In this document: one piece after another, positions 39,380 through 52,563 of the stretch
Position numbering within the stretch: position 1 is the stretch's first letter
How the letters are laid out: each line of letters starts with the position of its first letter
From: Thermodesulfobacteriota bacterium
Lineage (GTDB): Bacteria > Desulfobacterota > Desulfarculia > JACQYL01
Direction: 5' to 3'
Assembly: GCA_963675595.2 (NCBI GenBank)
Contig: CAXXLZ010000002.1
Location: 768,001 to 832,000 of the forward strand
DNA: 64,000 nucleotides
Notes under the pieces: model-generated
Told to the model about the DNA's origin: nothing
The model's database searches: none
Seen by the model: only the letters and a program-made list of their open reading frames with translations
Position numbers and translations under genes: made by a program

Positions 39380-39405
39380 CCTCGACCGTCAAAGTACACA
39401 CTCTT

Positions 39406-39433
39406 CGGGAGCCCCGAGCCTTCGGGGTTCCCG
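39406..39433 (+). terminator. GC-rich hairpin after the LamG gene
   Basis: CGGGAGCCCCGA-GCCT-TCGGGGTTCCCG, weak U-tract. Confidence 0.5.
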
Positions 39434-39493
39434 GAGTTTCGAATGCCCCTTGAGCACGATCCCCCCACCGATTCACCGTCGATTCCCATGTCC

Positions 39494-39584
39494 GACAGGC
39501 CGTTGAAAAAGCATGGGGCGAAAGAGGCGCGAACCACGAGAAACGAAGCGCAACGCCAAAGATCGTCTTTTTCAATCGTCGGTC
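39494..39584. repeat. Shorter MITE-like repeat related to 27631-27786
   Basis: GACAGGCCGTTGAAAAAG ... GAAGCGCAACGCC ... CTTTTTCAATCGTCGGTC. Confidence 0.55.
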
Positions 39585-40252
39585 AGGCGTCGTCGAACCG
39601 CCGGACCGGTGAGCTCCTCCAGAGCGGATACTGCAATCCAACGTGCGCTCGTCGTCCCGGCCATGTGAAGTTCCCGTGCAACCTCGATCGCCTCCCCGTT
39701 AAGGGCCGCGTTCCGTTTGCCGATCTGCCGAAGTGCCCAACAGACCGCTTTCTTGACGAAATTCCGCGAGTCGGACGCCTCTCGAGTGATCACCGGCAGG
39801 AAAGCCTTGAATGTTTCGTCGGAAGCCGTCTTGTCGTGAACCGCCAGACAGGCGATCAAAACGAAACCAGCTCTTTTGACGAACTCTTCAGGGCGCAAGG
39901 CCCACTCCACGGCCAATTCGCGAGCCCAGGGAAGTTTTCGAAACAAATTATTGCAGCACTGGTCGCAAACGTCCCAGGAGTCAAAGGTCCGCACCCATCG
40001 CTCCGCCTGCTCCTTTGTGACGCAATGGGGTCGCTCGACCAGGGACGCCAGTATCCGGGCTTCGTGAACGCCCGAGTCCCAAAGCCCCAACGCGGTATCG
40101 TGATTCGGACCGATCTTTTTGGCCGCGTCCCTCAACTTCGGTATGGAAACTCCGAGGGTACCCCGGGGGTTGATCCCGTACCTCGCCATTCCGGAGACGG
40201 CCTTGGGATCGGCCGACGCCCTGAGTCCTTCAAGAATGCGCTCAACGTTCAT
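39572..40252 (-). CDS. DNA alkylation repair protein (AlkD-like HEAT repeat)
   Basis: LGVSIPKLR, LWDSGVHEARILA, FDSWDVCD, RNFVKKAVCWALRQIGKRN. Confidence 0.88.
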   Translation of the reverse strand: MNVERILEGLRASADPKAVSGMARYGINPRGTLGVSIPKLRDAAKKIGPNHDTALGLWDSGVHEARILASLVERPHCVTKEQAERWVRTFDSWDVCDQCCNNLFRKLPWARELAVEWALRPEEFVKRAGFVLIACLAVHDKTASDETFKAFLPVITREASDSRNFVKKAVCWALRQIGKRNAALNGEAIEVARELHMAGTTSARWIAVSALEELTGPAVRRRLTDD

Positions 40253-40631
40253 CGGTCATCTCCATGAAAGAACCTTTCCCGAAGCTTCCCGGTCTCCCCT
40301 CCAATTTCCCTTCCGGTACGCGCCCCCTTTCTCGGTTCCGCAGCGGAGCGTCATCAATACCGGACATCAAAAGAATGAACCCGACGATACCTCTCCTCGA
40401 TCGGCAACACGGGAAGAAGCGCAAGAAATCGCCGCAAAATACAGCTTCCGCCTGATTTCGTTTTCTTTCATAACTTGAGATCCTTGTCGGAAACGGGGCA
40501 TGGACTTTGGAAATCCACTCGTCCGTTTGCCTCGTGCGCGAGCGAGGCGGGTCGACTTGCACCGATCGGAGCCCCCGGCCGGAGGTTGGTGCGGGACATG
40601 AGGCAACTCTTGCACAAAAAGGAGCAATACC

Positions 40632-41444
40632 ATGAGACGATTATGGATATTTTTCATCGTTGTTTCATTCGCTTTGGGAATCGTGCGTGCGGATGCGGCC
40701 GCCCCCGATATCAAAGGAAAGGACGTTTCCTACGAGGCCGGTGGTGTGAAGATGACGGGGTACTTGGCTTATGACGAGAGTGTCCTGGGAGAGCGGCCCG
40801 GAGTGCTCGTGGTGCACGAATGGTGGGGGCTGAACGATTATGCCCGCAGGCGGGCGCGCATGTTGGCGGAACTGGGATACGCCGCTCTGGCGGTGGACAT
40901 GTACGGCGGAGGTCGGACGGCGAGGCATCCCGACGATGCCCGAAAGTTTTCCTCGGAGGTGATGAAGAATTTCGACACGGCAAAGGCTCGCTTTATCGCC
41001 GCTCTGGATTTCCTGAAAAAACAACCCATGGTGGACCCATCCAGGATCGCCGCCGTCGGCTATTGCTTTGGGGGAGGAGTGGTTCTGAACATGGCCCGGC
41101 AGGGAGTGGACCTGAAAGGGGTGGCGAGCTTTCACGGTACTCTGACTCCCGTGGAACCCGCCAAGCCGGGTTCCATCAAGGCCAAGATATTGGTGCTCAA
41201 CGGTGCGGATGATAAATTCGTTCCGCGGGAGCAGGTTCAAGCTTTCAAGCAAGAGATGAGGGCCGCCGGAGCGGATTTCAAGTTCGTCGATTATCCCGGC
41301 GCCCTCCACAGTTTCACCAATCCCGGCGCGGACGAATACGGAAGGAAATTCGGATTACCCCTGGCTTATGACGCGGAGGCCGATAAACAATCCTGGAACG
41401 AATTGAAGCTGTTTCTCAGAAAAGTCTTTGCCGGCTCGAAGTAG
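40632..41444 (+). CDS. Dienelactone hydrolase family protein with a signal peptide
   Basis: VLVVHEWWGLN, GYCFGG nucleophile motif, GADDKFV, ALHSFTNP. Confidence 0.92.
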   Translation: MRRLWIFFIVVSFALGIVRADAAAPDIKGKDVSYEAGGVKMTGYLAYDESVLGERPGVLVVHEWWGLNDYARRRARMLAELGYAALAVDMYGGGRTARHPDDARKFSSEVMKNFDTAKARFIAALDFLKKQPMVDPSRIAAVGYCFGGGVVLNMARQGVDLKGVASFHGTLTPVEPAKPGSIKAKILVLNGADDKFVPREQVQAFKQEMRAAGADFKFVDYPGALHSFTNPGADEYGRKFGLPLAYDAEADKQSWNELKLFLRKVFAGSK

Positions 41445-41590
41445 AGGCACGGGACCATAAGAAAGCCGCCACGTTCCCGTCGGTCCGGGTCCGACGTGCC
41501 CGGCTCCCGTGTCCCCTAATCGAGCCCCCTCTTCTCATTGCCCGGGGTCGTCTCGCGCACGTCATAGTGCCGCTCGGCGAGCCCGTCATC

Positions 41591-42022
41591 TCACGCGTTA
41601 GGTTTGCCGGCGAGTTTGGCCTCCGCTTTGGTGCTGAATTTGGGTTCGTAAATCACGAACCGCTCATGGATGCCTTCGGATATTTTGTCCACTCCGTCGT
41701 CCGCAACGATGGAAAAGACAAGTTTACGCCCCTCCACCTTTTCCAATGTAGCCCGAACGGCCACGGTCAACCCGGGAGGTGTGGGCGCCAGATGGCTGAC
41801 ATTGATACCGATGCCCACCGTCTGTTCGTTGGGCCAATCCAGGTGGGGATTCAACGCCTGGATGCAGGTCCATTCCATCAATCCAACCATGAAACCCGTG
41901 GCAAAGACGTTGGGCATCTGCTGGAATTCAGGTGATTCCCGATATAAAAATCGGACGGTCTTGTCGTCGGGAACTTGGTACTGAAACTCGTGAGTCAGAC
42001 CCGGCCGCAGAGAATCCTTCAT
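41591..42022 (-). CDS. Hot-dog thioesterase (fluoroacetyl-CoA thioesterase FlK-like)
   Basis: VFATGFMVGLMEW, TVGIGINVSHLAPTPPG, GIHERF. Confidence 0.88.
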   Translation of the reverse strand: MKDSLRPGLTHEFQYQVPDDKTVRFLYRESPEFQQMPNVFATGFMVGLMEWTCIQALNPHLDWPNEQTVGIGINVSHLAPTPPGLTVAVRATLEKVEGRKLVFSIVADDGVDKISEGIHERFVIYEPKFSTKAEAKLAGKPNA

Positions 42023-42326
42023 CTTCCACTCCTTTCGCGGTTTGCCCGATGCTGTAAGGTGATGAACGATCATCCGAGCGACTATTCGTCGGTCGAAAAA
42101 AAGCTGAACAAAAAACCGACTTGACTCTTCCGCTGAAGGCGGCTCCATTGATCGGATATGGCCTCGCCTCTCCGCTGAGCCCCAATCAGTCCAACGATGA
42201 GCTCGGACTTGCATGGTAGGATTTGAGGCGCTCCATTATTCCGGAGAGCGGACCCGCAGTATCGTTTTAGAGCCCACAGGGAGAGGTTCGTAAAATATTC
42301 CCCTTTTTGCCGTCTCGTCCGGTAGT

Positions 42327-43009
42327 GTGGCCGGTCTTTGTTTGCTTTTCGCCTGCTGCCCTTCAATCAATGCCGCAACCTTTATTGTGAACAATAGTAC
42401 GAACGTCGTCAATGCCTCAGGCGCTGAAAAAAGTGACGGCGCCTGCGTGGACCGGTCGGGACGATGCACGTTGCGAGACGCCATCGAACAGGCCGACACA
42501 ACATCCGGTGCGGACACCATCACCTTCCCCTCCATGATGAACATCTGCCTAACGAGAGTGCCTCCCGACAATTCCGATATTCCCGCCATTGACGCGAGAT
42601 GCGTTTGGGATTCGATCGGCAACCTGATTCGGGCCACCACCTCGGAAGATAACGGACTAAAAGGAATCGAGCTTTCCAACGGCGGAAATGCGGAATTATC
42701 GGCCCCGATGATCACGGATGTCTCCGGCACGCCGGTATCGGGTACGGCCGAAGGGGGCGTTCACACGGTGTGGTTTTTTTCGTCGGGAAAAACGGAGTCC
42801 GGACCTATCACGGCATGTATTCGGTGGACTCGGGAAGGGGGCGACGGGTTTACTCGAGGACCGTCACCGGACCTCTTGTTACGGCCCTCGCAACGGATTC
42901 CTGCGACAACATATCCAAGTCCGCCGCGCCCGCGAGCGCGGACGACGACAGGGTCCCGCTCTCCATTCCGGCCCTTACCACTGCGGCAAAGAAAGAACCG
43001 AATCCTTAG
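42327..43009 (+). pseudogene. Decayed CSLREA-domain surface protein
   Basis: ATFIVNN...DGACVDRSGRCTLRDAIEQAD...GADTITF; the parallel beta-helix middle seems largely missing; C-terminal LVTALATDSCDNISKS lies in another frame. Confidence 0.6.
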
Positions 43010-43066
43010 CCCTTACGGACGGTACTTGGGACGATCCTTATCCGGCTGCCGATTCTCCGGCGCCCG

Positions 43067-44041
43067 TTATTCCGCGTCCTCCGGAGAATAGATTTCGGCA
43101 AAAGACTTCTCCGAAATCTCGTAAACGTGCCCGCCCGGAGTCGTAACCCTGGCGCCCCTCCCCTTTTCGGGAGGGGTCAATAAGTATTGCAGGACCTCAC
43201 CATTATCCAGAGTAATCCGGATACCATGAGTGGGTCCCCCATCTCCGTTACCGTCCGTCTGCGAAGGTTCAAGAATGCGCAGAGCACGTAGCCTCTCCAA
43301 ATTCATGACCACTGTTTCCACATCGGCCTCCGCCGCCGGCTCGGTTCCTCCGGACTTCCAAACCCAGGACGAAGGTCGCGATCCTCCTTTTTCGTCGGAC
43401 GCAGTCTTCTCCAGGACCATGGATTCCTTAGGTTGCACAAGTTCCACCCGAGCCCAGGAATCCCGATCAGGATGGACCAAGTCAAGATCCACCCACGATG
43501 TGGGTTCCGGGGTCTTAATTGCCCCGCCGTAAAAACCAAACGGAACCAGCAGATTCTGATCCGCAAGGAATACTTGGGTATGGCCTTTGAATCGAACGAA
43601 ACACCCCACGCCCTCGGGCGCCTTCTTCCCAACCAGCAGGGTATCGACTTTTTGGCTCCGCTCTCCCCTCCGGACCTCCACCACCAGCGCCTTGCCTTCT
43701 TCGAGCCGGAACGTGGGAAACAGGTCTCTCTGCTCGGCTCTCAGGTCTCCTTTCATTTCCGCGAGTGAGTTTAAGAAGAACCGTACTTTGGCGCCGTCCG
43801 CCGGAGCCCCGAAGTAGGAGGCGATGTTCCACGAGTCCCCTTCTTTCCGCAGAACCAGCTTTCCCGCCTCGGACCCCAAATAGGCGCGGATTTCCCGGAC
43901 CTGATCAGGCTCCAGTTCCCGCCATAAGGTCTGTCTCGCAGCCACCGGCTCCAATGAATGGTAGGCGTCCTGCCGAAACCAGTAGAAGGCCACCAGGAAC
44001 AACAGCAACAGCGCCGACAGGATCAGGTGCCGGTTCGACAT
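43067..44041 (-). CDS. DUF4340 domain protein
   Basis: N-terminal anchor; LRKEGDSW...PADGAKVRFFLNSL; LLVGKKAP..GCFVR; typical partner of GldFG. Confidence 0.8.
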   Translation of the reverse strand: MSNRHLILSALLLLFLVAFYWFRQDAYHSLEPVAARQTLWRELEPDQVREIRAYLGSEAGKLVLRKEGDSWNIASYFGAPADGAKVRFFLNSLAEMKGDLRAEQRDLFPTFRLEEGKALVVEVRRGERSQKVDTLLVGKKAPEGVGCFVRFKGHTQVFLADQNLLVPFGFYGGAIKTPEPTSWVDLDLVHPDRDSWARVELVQPKESMVLEKTASDEKGGSRPSSWVWKSGGTEPAAEADVETVVMNLERLRALRILEPSQTDGNGDGGPTHGIRITLDNGEVLQYLLTPPEKGRGARVTTPGGHVYEISEKSFAEIYSPEDAE

Positions 44042-44249
44042 TTACTACTCCTTGTGCTGAGGTGCTTGTCGGCCGCATCGGCGCCGATCCATTTCGACCT
44101 GGACACGGGAAGCATGGTCTCGGATTCGTTCCCAACTCCGGAAGCCGGTAGAGAGAACCCGTACCGCTCTCCGCCCTTCCGGCACCGCTCCACGGACTCA
44201 TGCCTGAAAGGGTCCCGCCGGCGCCCGTTCCTCCTCATGGCCGGAACCA

Positions 44250-46724
44250 TCAGGTAGCCGAAGAAAACCGCCGCTCGTAGATTTCGCGACGCCTTCGCCG
44301 AATCCCGTAACGGAACACCCCGATCGCCGCCAGGACGAGGGGAACCAAGGCCATAACCAAGAACCTGTAGAAAAGCTTCTCCCCTGTACTCGTCGGACTG
44401 AGGAACCTGATGGTCCGGGTCTTGGTCCGGATTCCCACCAGATTGACATCCAAGCTCAGTGCATCCACCATATTCTGGAAGAAAAGCGCGTTGTCCAACG
44501 CGCCCAATGCATTATCCGCAAACATCTGGGAGCAGCCCACCACAATGAGACGTCCGGGGCTTTGCTTCGCGGGAGGCGCTTTTTCGTTCCGAGGCTCGCC
44601 CTCCGGTCGCTCTGCCGAGTCTTGGGATTCTTCGGGCCAAAACGGTATGTCACGCCCGGTGAACGTGTCGGGGAAGGAGCCCTCGATGAGCAGCGCAACG
44701 CTCCGCGGGCTTCTCTCGCTCTCCGGAGGGGGCTGGAGAGCATTGCGCGTCAGTGGTTCCTCCGAAAACGGAACGGTCCAGGAGGACGGGCTGGACCGAG
44801 CCAGGACGGTCGTCTTCAGTTCGTTCTTCTCCAACGCCTGTGCGTCCGTTATCAACGGACTCCCCCACAGATACAGCAACCCGCCGATGCGATTGGTAAT
44901 GCTTACCTCGGAGTTCAAATTCCGATCCGGCACCCGAATTTGGATGGGAAGCTTCACCGGCGTCGACACCATGGCGTTGAACAACCCGCCGATGCGCTGG
45001 GGGAACTGTACGTTTAGTATTTCCATTTCGGTATCCATCAGGATATCGCCGTCGACGCGAATCCCATAGGGTTCGATCAGCCGATCCACCGAGCCGGGCA
45101 AGCGAAGGGGTGCCACCTGCAAGCCGCCGGCGCGTGAAGGCATATAATTGAAGGCATTGGCCTGAGCGATTACGAGAACGTTCCCTCCTTCCGAAAGAAA
45201 TCTCTGAATCTCGTAAATCTGTCTTTCATTCAACGCTTCGGGCTGCATGATCAGAAGAGTCACCGTGCCTTCGGGCAACGGTTCCTCACGTGACAGAGCA
45301 ATCCTTGCGACCCGATATCCCTCTCGTTGCAGAAGCTGCATACATCCCCTGAAGTGGTCTTGGGGGGTAGGAGGTGTTTGACCCATTTTGAGCAGCATTT
45401 CACGGAAGGCGGGATCGGAGTACCGAGGATCGGCCCCCTCGATGGGCGCCACCATGGCGATCACCGGGGGCGACTCCGATGTCATCCTATGAATTCCGGA
45501 AATCAGCTCATACTCGAGATTCCCCAGAGTTTGAGGGACGACCTGGGGAATCACTTCCGTTTTCTTGTCCAGGTAGGTGATCGCTATGGATGAATAAACC
45601 CGCTTGATGTCCAGTGAATCCTGCTCGATGCTTTGAGCCTGGAAGGGGACGATTCCCTTCTTTCCCAGCTCTTCAAGCTTCTCCGGGTCGGCGAGAGGAT
45701 TGTACACGTGATACTTGAAATTGGGCGACAATCGGGCATAGTCCGACAGCTTGTCCTCCACTTCCCTCCTTATGTCCTTCAGAATACTGGGCAACTTGTC
45801 CCGTTCGGACACATAGTAGTCCACCGTCACCGGCGCCCGGAGCCGAGATAGGACTTCCCGAGCCGCCGGCGAGATCATGTGCACCCGGTCCTCCGTCAGG
45901 TCCAGTCGTCCGAGCCGTTCATCACTGGCCCACAGATTCAACACAAAGCCCAGACACACGAGAATCACGGTGGCCACATAGAATCTTCCGGGGGATCGAA
46001 GTTTGATTCGAGTGTCCAAGGTAAAGCTGTTCAGGAGGAGAAAAACGACCGTGAACCCTACGAAGAAAATCACGTCCGAGATATTGATCAGCCCTCTCTC
46101 GAAGCCTGCGAAGTGGTACAGAGCGCCGAATCCTTTCCGAAGCGCCTGCCCCAGTCCACCGACCCACCCGTCGAGAAAAGCCGCCACGAAATCCGTTCCC
46201 AGCAACGATGAAGTGAAACAAACCAATATCCCCAAAATGAAGGCCAGAATTTGGTCCTTGAACAATGCGGAGACGAACATACCGATGGATAAGAAGAAAC
46301 ATCCCGTGAGAGCGGCTCCCACATATCCCGTGATGATCGGCCCCCAGTCGGGTTCTCCAAGAAGGCCGAGCGTCAGCGGAATCATGCCGGTACTGGCCAG
46401 CACGATAAGATAAAAGGCCAAAACCGCCAGGAATTTTCCCAGCACAAGTGTGTGACTCTTCATCGGAAAGCTGAGCAACAGACTGATTGTCCCCAGCTTG
46501 CGCTCTTCGGCCCACAGCCGCATGGTCAGGGCGGGCACGAAAACCGCCAGAAACACCGGCAATAGGTCGAAGTAATTCCTCATCGTGGCCCGGCCCAAAA
46601 GAAAAAAGGTGGACATGTAAAGGCCCGATGTGATGAGGAGAAAGACAATGATGAAAACGTACGCGACGGGCGAGTTGAAGTAGGCTGCAAATTCTCGTCT
46701 GAAGATCGTTCCCGGGGATTTCAT
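44250..46724 (-). CDS. Fused GldF-like ABC permease / GldG-like auxiliary protein
   Basis: FRREFAAYFNSPVAY, PALTMRLWAEERKLGT, RLDLTEDRVHMISP, LEYELISGI. Confidence 0.88.
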   Translation of the reverse strand: MKSPGTIFRREFAAYFNSPVAYVFIIVFLLITSGLYMSTFFLLGRATMRNYFDLLPVFLAVFVPALTMRLWAEERKLGTISLLLSFPMKSHTLVLGKFLAVLAFYLIVLASTGMIPLTLGLLGEPDWGPIITGYVGAALTGCFFLSIGMFVSALFKDQILAFILGILVCFTSSLLGTDFVAAFLDGWVGGLGQALRKGFGALYHFAGFERGLINISDVIFFVGFTVVFLLLNSFTLDTRIKLRSPGRFYVATVILVCLGFVLNLWASDERLGRLDLTEDRVHMISPAAREVLSRLRAPVTVDYYVSERDKLPSILKDIRREVEDKLSDYARLSPNFKYHVYNPLADPEKLEELGKKGIVPFQAQSIEQDSLDIKRVYSSIAITYLDKKTEVIPQVVPQTLGNLEYELISGIHRMTSESPPVIAMVAPIEGADPRYSDPAFREMLLKMGQTPPTPQDHFRGCMQLLQREGYRVARIALSREEPLPEGTVTLLIMQPEALNERQIYEIQRFLSEGGNVLVIAQANAFNYMPSRAGGLQVAPLRLPGSVDRLIEPYGIRVDGDILMDTEMEILNVQFPQRIGGLFNAMVSTPVKLPIQIRVPDRNLNSEVSITNRIGGLLYLWGSPLITDAQALEKNELKTTVLARSSPSSWTVPFSEEPLTRNALQPPPESERSPRSVALLIEGSFPDTFTGRDIPFWPEESQDSAERPEGEPRNEKAPPAKQSPGRLIVVGCSQMFADNALGALDNALFFQNMVDALSLDVNLVGIRTKTRTIRFLSPTSTGEKLFYRFLVMALVPLVLAAIGVFRYGIRRRRREIYERRFSSAT

Positions 46725-46776
46725 GAAAATCCGCTCCCTTGATTCGGAAACCGGCTTATAGAAACGATATCTTAGG

Positions 46777-47742
46777 TCAAACGGTAGTGCTCGACTCGGA
46801 TTCGAGTCTCGACGCACGAGTCAGCTGAATGAATGCTTCTTCGAGGCTCGGTCTTTCTTCTCTGAGCTCTTTGACCAGCCAACCGTTGGCTCGAATCGTC
46901 TCGGCCAGTTCCCGCCAAGGGTCCGTCCCGAGCCTGGATACCACCCGAAAGGCAGCCGATTCGCCCTCCCGCTCATCCACCAAATCAACCGACAGGACAC
47001 CGGAAACACTCTCCAGGGTTTCACGAACACGCGGAGATGCATCCGAGAGAATCAGCAAACGGCCGACTTCGTCGCGGACGGATTCTTTGAGGGATTCCTG
47101 CGTACCGTCGGCGATGATTCCGCCGTCGTTGATGATGATGACTCGGTCGCTCACGGCCTCGATCTCCTGCAGAATGTGAGTACTGACGACGATGGTCTTT
47201 TCCGAAGCCAAGTCGCGAATGAGTTCGCGGATGCCGATAATCTGCAGGGGGTCCAGTCCCGAGGTGGGTTCGTCCAAGACCAGGACCGCCGGGTCATGGA
47301 TCAGGGCCTGAGCCAAGCCGACCCGCTGACGAAATCCTTTGGATAGTTGAGAGATCACTTTCCTCAGCACGGTGCGGATACCGCACGTGTCAACGACCCA
47401 GTCCAGTCGTTTGCAGAGCTTCGACCCGATCAACTCCCTTCCTTTGGCGACGAAATCAAGATATTCCTCGACTTCCATATCGGCATACAAGGGTACGTTT
47501 TCGGGCAGATATCCCGTTACTCGACGAACCTCCATGGGCTGTTCCAGGATATCGTATCCCGCGACCGCAACACTCCCCGAAGTCGGTACGATCTGGGTGG
47601 TCAGAATCTTCATGATTGTGGACTTACCGGCCCCGTTGGGACCCAGGAGACCAAGGACCTCTCCCTTATCCACTCGAAAGCTCACGTTCTCAACGGCTCG
47701 CGTGGAACCGTAGTACATTGTCAGCTCTTTGACTTCAATCAT
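46777..47742 (-). CDS. GldA-like ABC transporter ATP-binding protein
   Basis: GPNGAGKST, LSKGFRQRVGLAQA, LDEPTSGLDP. Confidence 0.92.
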   Translation of the reverse strand: MIEVKELTMYYGSTRAVENVSFRVDKGEVLGLLGPNGAGKSTIMKILTTQIVPTSGSVAVAGYDILEQPMEVRRVTGYLPENVPLYADMEVEEYLDFVAKGRELIGSKLCKRLDWVVDTCGIRTVLRKVISQLSKGFRQRVGLAQALIHDPAVLVLDEPTSGLDPLQIIGIRELIRDLASEKTIVVSTHILQEIEAVSDRVIIINDGGIIADGTQESLKESVRDEVGRLLILSDASPRVRETLESVSGVLSVDLVDEREGESAAFRVVSRLGTDPWRELAETIRANGWLVKELREERPSLEEAFIQLTRASRLESESSTTV

Positions 47743-48100
47743 CTCATCTCCTCCCTGCGTGGGAAGCAGGGTTCCCATAGTATGAAAGGAGAAATCGACA
47801 TCGATGCAGGTGGTATGGACCTAAAGGAAAGCAAAAGATAGAGAAGGAAAGACGAGGGTGTCAAGGAGTTCATGGTGCGGCAACGGATACCGTAACACCG
47901 CCGATGCACCCATGAATTTGGCGATGCCGGAACAGCACCCCGTTAAGTCGTCCCGTCGCGAATTCTTGACTGGCTGCTTCAACTGTACTATTCCCGATGA
48001 AAGATGTACACCCAAACACGTTATCGCGGATTCATGCCGAAAACCTCGCAGCGTTATTCCGCGACGCCCAAATTCGACACCCTCAGCGTGGAAACCCTGC

Positions 48101-51154
<3,054 letters not shown>

Positions 51155-51268
51155 CCGGTTCACGGAATGCTTACAGCCTCAACCCCCGTCGGTCGCCCTT
51201 TTGTGACGTTTCCTTCGGTAAGGAGAACGACGGCGTCGCCTTCCCTACCGAAAGGATCCAAGCATCAT

Positions 51269-52336
51269 CTATTTTAGGGATATCCCACGTTCCTGAGCCA
51301 AACGCATGTAAGTTTCCGACCCCCGGGCGGGCGGTACCCTCAAGTCGTCGTCGGACTTCCGCACCAACGTTAGGGCTTCGGTCGGACAAGTGGTTACGCA
51401 AAGACCGCATCCAATGCATCGATCAGGATTCACTTCGGCCGAATCCTCCGTCATGGTAATCGCGTCCATCTGACAGCGTTCGACACACGTCTCGCAGGCA
51501 ACACACTTCTCTGCGTCCACCTGAGCGGAATAATTGCACACCGTAACCTCAACCGGCCTCGGATGGAGTTTCAAGGCCCGAAGAATGGCGCAGCAATCCC
51601 CGCAACAATTGCACATGCCTCCTGGATTCTGGGCGTTGAACGGCTGGGTCACCAATCCCGCCTTGTCGCATTCGTCCAGAATGGAAAAGGCTTCATCGTG
51701 AGTCACGTACCGGCCCATCCCCCTTTCAACATAGTATTGGGCATGGGATCCGAACATGAAACAGACTTCCAGGGGCTTTTCGCAGTTATTGCCCACTTTG
51801 TGCTGCTGGACGCGGCAGATGCACGGTGCCACGGCCACAGGGTCTTTGCTCCGGATGATATCCCGTGCATCGTCATAGGAAGCGACGCGCCAAGCAACAT
51901 CGATTGAGCGGTTCACGGGTATGGGTCTCATCAGAGCGGTAAGTCCCGCAGTGCGCGGATTGAGCGCTTCGTTGAAATACTGTTCGCAGAGGTCGGCCAG
52001 TTCCTTGTCCATGTCTTTCACCTGAAACTCATAGACCCCCACCACGAAAGGCACTGCGGCATACAGGGCTTGTTCGTTCTTGCGCATCCTGAACAGCAGT
52101 CCGCGATCCGCCATTTGATCCAACAAGCGAGCGGTTTCATCGGGGTTGCGGCCCGTTCTGGCGGCCACGGATTCCGGGGCTTCCACCGTCTGCGACATGT
52201 CGAGGAACATCTCCGCCTCTTCTTCGGTGAAGAGTCGCTTCAATATCTCGATTTCAACTCCTGATTTCGTTTCGGGAAATCCCACCGAAAACTGGTCGAG
52301 ACGTTCCCTCAGCTTGCCGTAAACACTTTCACTCAT
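51269..52336 (-). CDS. Uncharacterised 4Fe-4S binding protein
   Basis: CICR, CFMF, CNCCGDCC and two CxxCxxCxxxC motifs. Confidence 0.85.
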   Translation of the reverse strand: MSESVYGKLRERLDQFSVGFPETKSGVEIEILKRLFTEEEAEMFLDMSQTVEAPESVAARTGRNPDETARLLDQMADRGLLFRMRKNEQALYAAVPFVVGVYEFQVKDMDKELADLCEQYFNEALNPRTAGLTALMRPIPVNRSIDVAWRVASYDDARDIIRSKDPVAVAPCICRVQQHKVGNNCEKPLEVCFMFGSHAQYYVERGMGRYVTHDEAFSILDECDKAGLVTQPFNAQNPGGMCNCCGDCCAILRALKLHPRPVEVTVCNYSAQVDAEKCVACETCVERCQMDAITMTEDSAEVNPDRCIGCGLCVTTCPTEALTLVRKSDDDLRVPPARGSETYMRLAQERGISLK

Positions 52337-52563
52337 TCTTCACCCCTCGTAGTTTGGTCCTCCAGCCACCGATTCCGGATGCTTCCCCCGGACACTCCTT
52401 CCACTTTCCGTTCTTGTCTCGGAAATCTTGTGGAGCCCATTCGTGTAGGGACCTCCACAAGCCCGCCATGTTCTTCCGAACGGGGCCATCGGCCTCCGGC
52501 CGATGACCCGTGAAAAGACCCCGCAAAACCCGCCGGGCCCGGTCGCAGGATTTCCGTCTCCGT

